From: Bdellovibrio sp.
Lineage (GTDB): Bacteria > Bdellovibrionota > Bdellovibrionia > Bdellovibrionales > Bdellovibrionaceae
Assembly (NCBI GenBank): GCA_046318155.1
Contig: JBKCUU010000056.1
Span: 1-20,442 of the forward strand
DNA: 20,442 bases
Reading direction: 5' to 3'
The notes under the pieces: generated by a model
Databases searched by the model: none
The model's input: the letters and a program-made list of their open reading frames with translations, nothing else
What the model was told of the DNA's origin: nothing
Shown: positions 8,906 to 16,460 of the stretch, in pieces
How positions within the stretch are numbered: position 1 is the stretch's first letter
How the letters are laid out: each line of letters opens with the position of its first letter
Program-made: the position numbers and the translations under genes

Positions 8906-9068
8906 TTAAGGTTCGCGATCGCCAAAAATCTCGGCGCGCGAACGCTCAAAATTTTTTAGGATTTTCTTTTTCTCTCGAGCTGCGCGCTCCTGCCTCTTTA
9001 CAATTTTAGGAACCTCGTCGAGAGCCTTTTGCATCGCTTTTGAAATCTTAGGGGCTTTTTTTTTTCAT
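8906..9068 (-). pseudogene. Small basic protein coupled to the ATPase gene, frameshifted in an A10 tract
   Basis: ATG at 9068 overlaps the ATPase TGA (ATGA). With A10 the frame stops after MKKKSP. With A9 it reads 53 aa (MKKKAPKISKAMQKALDEVPKIVKRQERAAREKKKILKNFERSRAEIFGDREP) to TAA at 8906. Confidence 0.5.
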
Positions 9069-9424
9069 AGAAATCCCTTGCGAACAGCAATTTCAAAGTC
9101 CTGTTTGTCCGAGCTCTTCATTTTCTCGAAGGCGACAGAGCTGCTAATGATTTTAGGCCGAGATCCGGAATTATCAAGAATCGTCCAAGAGTTGGCGATC
9201 GGGAGGTAAATCGTCCAAAAATTCTCAAAGCATCTGAGCTGCCGACGCCTCACGGTGCTCGTTGTAATGTTGTGTCCGTCGTCTTTGAGCGGCCCAAATC
9301 CAGCTGCGATCAAATCGGGATTCAAGAAAGGAAGCGCCGGCTTGGATTTGACGACGAAAGCCTCGGCAAACGTTGTTTTGCCACTTCCGTTAGGTCCCGC
9401 AATAACTTTGATTACCTTGTTCAT
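9065..9424 (-). pseudogene. Zeta-toxin-family / COG4185-type P-loop ATPase with a large in-frame internal deletion
   Basis: Likely start MNKVIKVIAGPNGSGKTTFA (Walker A). FLNPDLIAAG is joined directly to GHNI..VRRR..NF..Y..W..DNS. The central FETT-containing segment usual in this family is missing, leaving 119 aa. Confidence 0.8.
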
Positions 9425-9506
9425 CTCGGTGATCTTATGGCGAGAGGCCCAAAAAGTTGAGACCATAATCGCACGCAACAATGCAGCATACGCTTCCACA
9501 AAATGA

Positions 9507-9671
9507 GGCCCCGGTGGTGACCCCGGTGAGCTCGATCTCGGCCGCGCTTGCCCTCGGGCGAGCGCTGGTCTCGCCGTTGAAAATGCGCCGAATGATAAAG
9601 ACGGCGTGGACGGCCGGCCTGGCAAATGCCGATGTATAGTGATCTTATCTGAGTTTATCGCTTGTCACTAA
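9507..9671 (+). pseudogene. Start-less diverged copy of the 3' part of the Gly-rich lipoprotein gene
   Basis: 9507-9629 aligns ungapped to 8652-8774 (98/123 identical by hand count) and translates GPGGDPGELDLGRACPRASAG...DGRPGKC. In-frame TGA immediately upstream (9504-9506); TAA at 9669-9671. Confidence 0.88.
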
Positions 9672-9764
9672 ACCACAGTAAGATTGCTAGACATTCAGTT
9701 TAACCTATTGAAATGACTTGGCAGGTCCCACATAAGTCGCCAATCAGGCAGTAAGAATCGGCAT

Positions 9765-9968
9765 TCAGTAACACCGACCGGCCCGAACCAAGCCCGCCGA
9801 GGCATAATCAAGAATTTTCTGATCCTGAGTAAGAAGGACTAGTTTTTCTTTACGCGCGGTTGCGACGATCATTCGATCCGCGGGGTCGCCGTGAGCCCCG
9901 AAATTCCATTGCCTTCGGTCAAGGCAAGCCCAGATAATGGCTTGAGACATTGCCAGACCGACGGCCAC
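9765..9968 (-). pseudogene. PIN-domain (VapC-like) toxin, C-terminal fragment
   Basis: HGDPADRMIVATARKEKLVLLTQDQKILDY is the typical PIN C-terminal motif. No N-terminal LDT motif and no antitoxin gene. The 5' end abuts the GT9 start, and recognisable similarity covers only about 9765-9905. Confidence 0.8.
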
Positions 9969-9988
9969 TTGAATAGAGGTTTTAACAA

Positions 9989-11122
9989 ATGAAACCGCGC
10001 GCTCCCCGATTCTTTGATGAAAATTTTGGCCCCTTCTTTTTATTTTTGATTGGCATGGTCCGCAAAGGTTGGCGGAGTCTCATGCAAGCCAGTCCGCCGC
10101 GGGTGGATCAAGTTCACAGTATTGCACTCTTGAAGCTGGGTGATTTGACCGAGACGGTCTTGATGTCGGGGTTGGTTGGCGATCTTAAAAAATGGAAACC
10201 CAATGTTCAAATCACTTTGATCGTGGGCCCTGGCAATTCGGCGTATGCCGATTTGATTCCATTGGTGGATCACTTACTGATGCTCCCCGCACAAGAGCTG
10301 GGTACGAGTCTTTCGCAAATCCGAAAAGAAAAATTTGATCTGCTTTTTAATTTGGATCCTTGGTCGCGGGTCTCGGCGATTTTGGGCGCACTCTCACACT
10401 CGCGCTGGGTGGTGGGCTTTATGACTCCTCGAGAGAGCCGGCATTTTGCCGATGATCACTTGGTGCCGCACAGGCGCGACATCCATGAGCTTGATAACTA
10501 CCGCGCACTCTTACGAAGTGCCGGAATTCAAGGGGCGATGCCGCCTTTAAAACCCGAGACTCAAGTTTCGAACACGATCATCGAAGCCATCACTTTGAAT
10601 CTGTGGGCCGAGGGCGAAAACTCGCACTTGCGCGAATGGCAACTCGACCGCTGGAAACGCTTGATCGTGCTGCTCTCCGAGCGCGGAGCTTACACGTTTT
10701 ATCTTGCCGGCAGCCCGGACCAGCGCGGCCGCAATCAAGTCTTGATTGATCAGCTTCCGATCGCCCTCAGGGCCCGGGTCACCAATGCCGCCGGCGGAAC
10801 GATGGACCAAATCGTCAGGCTCATCGCGAGCAGCCAAGTGTTTGTGAGTATTGACACGGGCTTTGCTCATGTGGCCGCAGCGACTGGCATTCCGGTCGTT
10901 GCCTTACACGGACCTACGCATCCTAAACGCTGGGGCGCGGTCGGCCCACAAGTTCAGCATTTGATGAGCCGCCTGCCGGGTGCGGGTCAGGTGCACCTCG
11001 GATTTGATTATGGTTCACAGCAAAACTTTTTAGACGGCATTACGGTCGAAGAAGTTTACGGCAAAGTCGAAAAGGCCATCGGCCTTCGCGGTGGTCCGTT
11101 TATTCAGGAATTTGAAGAGTAG
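9989..11122 (+). CDS. GT9 glycosyltransferase (ADP-heptose:LPS heptosyltransferase family)
   Basis: IDTGFAHVAAATGIPVVALHGPTHPKRW, REWQLDRW and HELDNY motifs. GAGG RBS upstream. Confidence 0.9.
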   Translation: MKPRAPRFFDENFGPFFLFLIGMVRKGWRSLMQASPPRVDQVHSIALLKLGDLTETVLMSGLVGDLKKWKPNVQITLIVGPGNSAYADLIPLVDHLLMLPAQELGTSLSQIRKEKFDLLFNLDPWSRVSAILGALSHSRWVVGFMTPRESRHFADDHLVPHRRDIHELDNYRALLRSAGIQGAMPPLKPETQVSNTIIEAITLNLWAEGENSHLREWQLDRWKRLIVLLSERGAYTFYLAGSPDQRGRNQVLIDQLPIALRARVTNAAGGTMDQIVRLIASSQVFVSIDTGFAHVAAATGIPVVALHGPTHPKRWGAVGPQVQHLMSRLPGAGQVHLGFDYGSQQNFLDGITVEEVYGKVEKAIGLRGGPFIQEFEE

Positions 11123-11244
11123 TTTTAGCCACAAATGACCCGAGCGGCATTGACTTCAAAATTAAATCGCCGTAACCCAAAAGTATCGCGGAACATCAGC
11201 AACCCGAAGCGAACCAGCTTGAAAAAAATAAATCTTTCTTCGAG

Positions 11245-11663
11245 ATGTACAATGAGGGATTTCACCCTCACACCTCGTTTCGGGAACGCGTCCGCCGACA
11301 ACTCATGGAGCACTTTCCCTCGAGCTTGATCCCTGAACTGCGATTCTTTTCAAAGGTTTCAAAAAAAACCAAGATAGTTGAACTGGGCTGCGGTGACGGT
11401 AATTTTCTACTTCAGCTCTCCAGATGGGGCTTTAGTGAATTAGAAGGCGTCGAATTTGCCACCGACTACCGACGGGTTTTTCCAAAAATTGTTCAGGAAG
11501 ATCTCATCTCCTACTCATAGCAGCGAAAAATGGATCAAACTTTATGTTGATCCAAGACGCTGGCCGGGTCCCTTGATGTACGGTTTTTTGTTTTGCGCTC
11601 GTCGCCTTTGGCGGACCTCGCATCTATACACTTAATGTGACAGCGGTCTGTCACAAGATCTAG
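11245..11663 (+). pseudogene. Class I SAM-dependent methyltransferase remnant
   Basis: Motif I KIVELGCGDG..L...G..LEGVE in ORF 11245-11520, which stops (TAG) well before a full fold. A plausible C-terminal remnant (..GGPRIYTLNVTAVCHKI*) in another frame ends at TAG 11661-11663. Confidence 0.65.
11636..11655. terminator. 8-bp hairpin just downstream of rfbB; possible weak terminator
   Basis: TGTGACAG-CGGT-CTGTCACA, 4 nt beyond the rfbB stop. Poor U-tract. Confidence 0.35.
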
Positions 11664-12691
11664 CTGCGCGCGTTTTTCTTTTGAACGGCGCCGACCCATG
11701 TTTGATTCTGAATATACCACTCGATGGTTTGGCGAAGGCCTTTTTCAAAATCAGCATACTTTCGTACAAAACCAAGCTCTTTCTGAGCCCGAGAATCATC
11801 AATAGCATAGCGAAAATCATGTCCTGCGCGGTCCTGAACAAATTGAATTCCGCTTTCGTGTTTCTGACCATCTTGGCGTGGCGCGAGTTCATCCATGATC
11901 GAGCACAAAGATTTGACCAATTGAAGATTCGTGCGCTCGGAGTTTCCACCAAAACAATACGATTCCCCTGGTGTACCACGCTCAAATGCCAGGAGAACTC
12001 CGCGGGAGTGGTCTTCGACATGAATCCAATCTCGGACATTGAGGCCTTTTCCATAAACGGGAAGAGAACGACCCTTGAGAGCATTTTGAATCATGACCGG
12101 GATAAGCTTCTCGGGGTATTGACGTGGCCCATAGTTATTCGAACAGTTTGTCGTAATCGTTGGTAATCCATAGGTATGGAACCAAGCGCGAACTAAATGA
12201 TCTGCTCCCGCCTTACTGGCCGAATAAGGAGAATTGGGCTGATAGGGAGTGCTTTCTGAAAACTGACCTGTCTCGCCCAACGCCCCGAAAACCTCATCGG
12301 TTGAAACCTGCAAAAAACGTCGATCCCCGGAGGCGCCCCGCGGCCAGTGTTTGCGAGCAACCTCCAAAAGGTTGAGGGTTCCCACGACATTTGTCTCGAC
12401 AAAGATTCGAGGACCCGAGATCGAGTTGTCGACATGACTTTCCGCTGCAAAATTAATGATACCCGTGAACTCTTGCTTGGCAAAAAGGCCGTCTAGAAGC
12501 GTAAAATCCCGGATATCACCCTGGATAAACTCAACTGAGCCCTGGGCGAGAGGTTCGCTCAGATTCTCTAGGTGACCTGCATAAGTGAGCGAGTCTAAAA
12601 CTGTGACTTTATAGCCTTTAGCGTGGGCGACTCGGACAAAGGTACTTCCTATAAAGCCGGCCGCACCGGTGACCAAAATCTGCTTCGCCAT
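11660..12691 (-). CDS. rfbB: dTDP-glucose 4,6-dehydratase
   Basis: VTGAAGFIGS, LTYAG, NFAAESHVDNSI, QVSTDEVFG, PNSPYSASKA, NCSNNYGP, RDWIHVEDH and DRAGHDFRYAID motifs. Confidence 0.97.
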   Translation of the reverse strand: MAKQILVTGAAGFIGSTFVRVAHAKGYKVTVLDSLTYAGHLENLSEPLAQGSVEFIQGDIRDFTLLDGLFAKQEFTGIINFAAESHVDNSISGPRIFVETNVVGTLNLLEVARKHWPRGASGDRRFLQVSTDEVFGALGETGQFSESTPYQPNSPYSASKAGADHLVRAWFHTYGLPTITTNCSNNYGPRQYPEKLIPVMIQNALKGRSLPVYGKGLNVRDWIHVEDHSRGVLLAFERGTPGESYCFGGNSERTNLQLVKSLCSIMDELAPRQDGQKHESGIQFVQDRAGHDFRYAIDDSRAQKELGFVRKYADFEKGLRQTIEWYIQNQTWVGAVQKKNARS

Positions 12692-12782
12692 CTATCACTG
12701 CCTTGCATTACTTTTTTGGGTTTCAGGTGCTAACCTAATCAAAGTAAGTGATCGAGACAAGGGCTTTTGGTAGGTTGCCTGG

Positions 12783-13802
12783 ATGGATCAGCCCCCCGTT
12801 CGCCGCGTACTGTCTTGCCTCGTCAGCTATCGTGACTGCGAGAAAATTGCTAAGTCTATCGACTATCAGCTCGCGATTGTAATGCCCGCGCAAACTCAAG
12901 TTGATGTTTATGTCTTCGATAACTCTGAGAACGGCAAGATCCAACAAAAAATCCAACAAATCTGTAAAGAAAAAGCGGTCAAGCTCGAGATTTTACCTCA
13001 AAATTTAGGTGTTTCTGGCGCGTACGCAGCGGCAACCAAAATCGCACTTGAGCAGAACTATGATTACCTCTGGCTCTGGGACCAGGATAGTCACCCACCT
13101 GAGGACTGCCTCGTCCACCTCATGCGAACTTTTGACCGAGAACCCGAGAAACAAAAGAAGTACCGCCAGATAAGCTCGAAGGGACACACGCTTCTACCTC
13201 TCGGCGTCGTCTTGCCGAAGCTCTTTGATCCAACCCTCGAAGACCGCCACTGGATCTTCTTTGCTCCACCCTTTGATATGACCATCATGACGAAAGAGCG
13301 CTTTCCAATGGATATGGTCGAAGGGGGCGAAGTCGCGACCACCTACATGGTCAACTCCGGCGCACTGATCAACCGTCAGACGCTTCAGCAAATGGGACCA
13401 CCAAATCCAGACTTCTTTATGGATTTGGTGGATTTTGAATTTGCATCAAGACTCACACATGCGGGCATTCGAATGGTCATGAATGCGGATGCCGTGGTGA
13501 TTCACTCCGTGGGCCAGCCCATCCAGTACCGGCTTCTTGGCCGCTCACTTTGGGCGAGAAATTATCCAATCTTTAGGTACTATTACCAATCCAAAAACGA
13601 AATGCTTTTAGCAAAAGCGAGCTCTCGCCCACTCTGGATTTCGTTCAAATCCACATTGAGACTGAGCCTCCGGCCGATTAAAATTTTATTCGATCGCGAT
13701 CTCCAGCTGAAAAAAATTGGCGCACACTTTATTGGATGGTTCGATGGTCTCCGCGGCATCAAAGGCAAATCACACGCCGCTTGGATGGCGGCAAAAAAAT
13801 GA
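12783..13802 (+). CDS. GT2 glycosyltransferase (RfbF/rhamnosyltransferase-like)
   Basis: VFDNS, NLGVSGAY, WLWDQDS, VNSGALI, FFMDLVDFEF, HSVG and RYYYQSKN motifs. Confidence 0.85.
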   Translation: MDQPPVRRVLSCLVSYRDCEKIAKSIDYQLAIVMPAQTQVDVYVFDNSENGKIQQKIQQICKEKAVKLEILPQNLGVSGAYAAATKIALEQNYDYLWLWDQDSHPPEDCLVHLMRTFDREPEKQKKYRQISSKGHTLLPLGVVLPKLFDPTLEDRHWIFFAPPFDMTIMTKERFPMDMVEGGEVATTYMVNSGALINRQTLQQMGPPNPDFFMDLVDFEFASRLTHAGIRMVMNADAVVIHSVGQPIQYRLLGRSLWARNYPIFRYYYQSKNEMLLAKASSRPLWISFKSTLRLSLRPIKILFDRDLQLKKIGAHFIGWFDGLRGIKGKSHAAWMAAKK

Positions 13803-15472
13803 CTCGGCTCCTCGTGCAATACCGCAAGTTTCGAAACTTTATTGGTCCCGAGGTCTGGCGCTTACTGATGCTCGTTGTCGCCTTGGGGATTTTCTTATTC
13901 GCCGTTGAGACAAGTTTTGTCTTCATTCTGCAGGGATATCTTCGAGCCGTCGGCGTGATCACCGCAAATAGTGTCCAACTTCTCCCGTCCTGGTTTCCGA
14001 CTTCGATCGTTGGCGCCAGCATGACTCTGGTCATCTTTGGAGTTTCTCGCGGTTTTGCAGTGATGATGCGGGCCTACTTCTCGGGGATCACGAGCCAGGT
14101 GTTTATCGGTCGCCAAAAAGAACGCATTCTAGAGCGGGCGCTGAGATCTGAGAATCGAGAATCAACCTTTGAAATCATCACCATCTTTAACGATAACGTC
14201 GCCTCCGCAGGTCAGGTCATACAAAATATCAGTCTTCTCGTTTGCAACAGCGTCTGCATTCTCCTTTTTTCTCTTTACGGACTTATTGTCGCTCCAGCTG
14301 AGCTGATCATTGGGTCTATCCTTTTGGGAATTTTTATTTATCCGACAAAGATACTCGACACGCGGATTGCCGAGCACGGACAGGCCATTTATGTCGAACG
14401 AGAAACTGTGAACAGAACCCTGCTCCTCGGCCTACGTAATAATTTTTTTCTTAAAGTCTATGGTCTCATCGAATCTGAAATTGCGCGGGGCCACTTAGCT
14501 TTGACGACCTTTGTGCGAAGGTACAAACAATTTAACTTTCTGTCGACGTTCCGCATCGCCTACCCTCTCGCTTTAGGCGCTATTGTTATCAGCATTGTGA
14601 CGTTGATCAGCCTGACTTTCATCAAGACGCCAGGAATGATTTTGATCACATTTTTCTATGTCTTTGTTCGACTTTCACAAACATTGAGTGAGAGCTACTC
14701 TGTCCTCGGAGAAGTGCGTTTGCACCTTCCAGCATTTAAAGCTTTGTATCAGTGGAATCAAAAAGAATTCATGCCCAATGAAATCGTGGCTCGAAACATA
14801 CCTTCAAAACCTTCTGCAGTGATTAGCACCCCCGAGGCCATCCAAATTGATATTCAAAATGTGTCTTTCGCTTACGGTTCTAAAACAGTATTAGCGAATC
14901 TCAATTTGTCTATGAAGCCTCATCAGGTTTCACTTATTAAAGGTGAGTCCGGCGCTGGCAAAAGCACGCTGCTCTCTCTTATTGTCGGGATCCTAAGACC
15001 AACAGCAGGCGTAATCCTCATCAACGGACAGCCCGCGCACCTTGTAGCAGCCGACTTGGCTCCACGAATCGGTTATGTAGGTCCCGATCCTTATTTAATT
15101 CCGGGAACGGTTCGTGAAAACCTTCTCTATGGCTTGCCTGCTGGGCGTGAGGTGAGTGACCAAGCAATTTGGCAGGTCTTACGAGAAGCACACATTGATG
15201 CCGAAATTCAAAAATTTGGGCGCAAACTGGATGAACATGTTTTCGAATGGGCACAGCTTTCGACGGGCCAACGCCAACGCCTGTCGATCGCAAGAGCCCT
15301 GCTCCGACAGCCCTCACTTCTCGTCCTGGATGAGGCGACAGCAAATCTGGATGAGGATACGGAGCTTCGCATTTTTGAAACGATTCGAAACTTTGCTAAA
15401 GTTGGCACGGTCCTTATTGTTAGTCACAAGCGGACTTTCGATGCTGTTGCCAACCAAATCATAAAATTATAG
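13799..15472 (+). CDS. ABC exporter with fused TMD-NBD (MsbA/PglK/Wzk-like), candidate glycolipid flippase
   Basis: Start placed at the ATGA overlap (13799, MTRLL) rather than 13736. About six TM segments, Walker A GESGAGKS, signature LSTGQ, Walker B LLVLDE, D-loop ATANLD and H-loop VSH. Confidence 0.9.
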   Translation: MTRLLVQYRKFRNFIGPEVWRLLMLVVALGIFLFAVETSFVFILQGYLRAVGVITANSVQLLPSWFPTSIVGASMTLVIFGVSRGFAVMMRAYFSGITSQVFIGRQKERILERALRSENRESTFEIITIFNDNVASAGQVIQNISLLVCNSVCILLFSLYGLIVAPAELIIGSILLGIFIYPTKILDTRIAEHGQAIYVERETVNRTLLLGLRNNFFLKVYGLIESEIARGHLALTTFVRRYKQFNFLSTFRIAYPLALGAIVISIVTLISLTFIKTPGMILITFFYVFVRLSQTLSESYSVLGEVRLHLPAFKALYQWNQKEFMPNEIVARNIPSKPSAVISTPEAIQIDIQNVSFAYGSKTVLANLNLSMKPHQVSLIKGESGAGKSTLLSLIVGILRPTAGVILINGQPAHLVAADLAPRIGYVGPDPYLIPGTVRENLLYGLPAGREVSDQAIWQVLREAHIDAEIQKFGRKLDEHVFEWAQLSTGQRQRLSIARALLRQPSLLVLDEATANLDEDTELRIFETIRNFAKVGTVLIVSHKRTFDAVANQIIKL

Positions 15473-15494
15473 TTTAAATTAACGAGGAGCCGTT

Positions 15495-16445
15495 ATGGAT
15501 TTACGCAATTTTTTTAATCGAACCCAGCTGTTTGTTGAGCGCCGATTAGGTCTTCAAAGGACCGATGTCCAGACGACGCCGATGTGGTTTCTTGATGATA
15601 AAAAATGGGAGCAAAAATCCGAAAAGATACCACCGTCCATCCGCTCCGTCCTAAACGATCTTCGACAAGATGGCTACGCCATTTTAAAATCAAATTTTTC
15701 GTCCGATACCTGCGATGCCGTACAAAATGATTTCAAAGAATTTGCTGCGAAAAGTTCGCAGGCCCCTGAATTCCGGGACGAACACGGTTTGTATGACCGC
15801 CTTGCGTGCCTCCACCTCACCTCTGAAGCGGCCCGCAAAGTTGGCTTTCAAAATAAAATTCTAGAAATCCTCGATTGTGCATTTGGACGCCCGTCGGTTG
15901 TTGTGGGTTCCTTATACTTTAACAAAGGATCTCAACAATCAATTCACCGGGATACACCAGCTTTTTTTACGAACCCCATCAATCACTTCTTTGGAGTTTG
16001 GACCGCGCTCGAGGATGTTCAACCTGGTTCCGGTCCACTTATTTATTATCACCAGGGTCACAAGACGAGTTCAGATCTTGAACTCCGCCAACGGCCCAGC
16101 ATTGACATGAAAAATTACTTTAAGGAAATTGACTCTAATTGTCGTGCCAAAGGCTTAGAGCTCATCGAATTCCATCCCAAAAAAGGCGACACATTAATTT
16201 GGTTGCCTGAATTACCACACGGTGGAAACCCCATCGAGAAGCCGGGGCTTTCGCGAAATAGCATCGTTTTTCATTATATCGCCTCAGGCATTCCAATCTA
16301 TGGAGCCCAAACTTTTTTCGATCGCAAGAGACCTTTAGCGCGGCAAGAAAACTACAAAAGCGTGCAGTTCGGAAAGCGCAGGGCCATCGACCTTGGCGCG
16401 CCCCAGTTTTTTCATAATCGTTATGAAGGCAATTTTGACGAATAA
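15495..16445 (+). CDS. Phytanoyl-CoA dioxygenase (PhyH) family Fe(II)/2-oxoglutarate dioxygenase
   Basis: DGYAIL, HxD (IHRDTP), GVWTALED..SGPL.YY..GH, KKGDTLIW..LPHGG and R.S.VFHY motifs. GAGGAG RBS. Confidence 0.9.
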   Translation: MDLRNFFNRTQLFVERRLGLQRTDVQTTPMWFLDDKKWEQKSEKIPPSIRSVLNDLRQDGYAILKSNFSSDTCDAVQNDFKEFAAKSSQAPEFRDEHGLYDRLACLHLTSEAARKVGFQNKILEILDCAFGRPSVVVGSLYFNKGSQQSIHRDTPAFFTNPINHFFGVWTALEDVQPGSGPLIYYHQGHKTSSDLELRQRPSIDMKNYFKEIDSNCRAKGLELIEFHPKKGDTLIWLPELPHGGNPIEKPGLSRNSIVFHYIASGIPIYGAQTFFDRKRPLARQENYKSVQFGKRRAIDLGAPQFFHNRYEGNFDE

Positions 16446-16460
16446 AGACCAGGCCTCTGG

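Noticed and set aside
9425..9625. N-terminal 67 aa of the 186-aa ORF 9065-9625
   Set aside because: Mostly the antisense reading of the Gly-rich copy plus spacer. The family-like sequence starts at MNKVIK (9424).
8652..9629. Diversity-generating retroelement VR/TR pair
   Set aside because: Mismatches are not confined to adenines of either copy, are biased to third codon positions, and no reverse transcriptase is present.
9701..9713. IHF-like site TAACCTATTGAAA
   Set aside because: One mismatch to a short degenerate consensus, with no independent support.
8886..9990. Integron cassette array or IS element carrying the toxin remnants
   Set aside because: No attC-like RYYYAAC...GTTRRRY structures, terminal inverted repeats, integrase or transposase recognised.
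11636..11655. CRP/FNR site (TGTGA...TCACA)
   Set aside because: Spacer is 10 nt rather than 6, and the site lies between convergent 3' ends.
13736..13798. Longer N-terminus for the ABC exporter
   Set aside because: Overlaps the upstream gene by over 60 nt. The ATGA-coupled start at 13799 is more plausible.
15495..16445. Dioxygenase as a prolyl/lysyl hydroxylase for the collagen-like lipoprotein
   Set aside because: Motifs are PhyH-type rather than P4H/PLOD-type, the genes are 6.6 kb apart in different transcription units, and the lipoprotein is probably not a true collagen.
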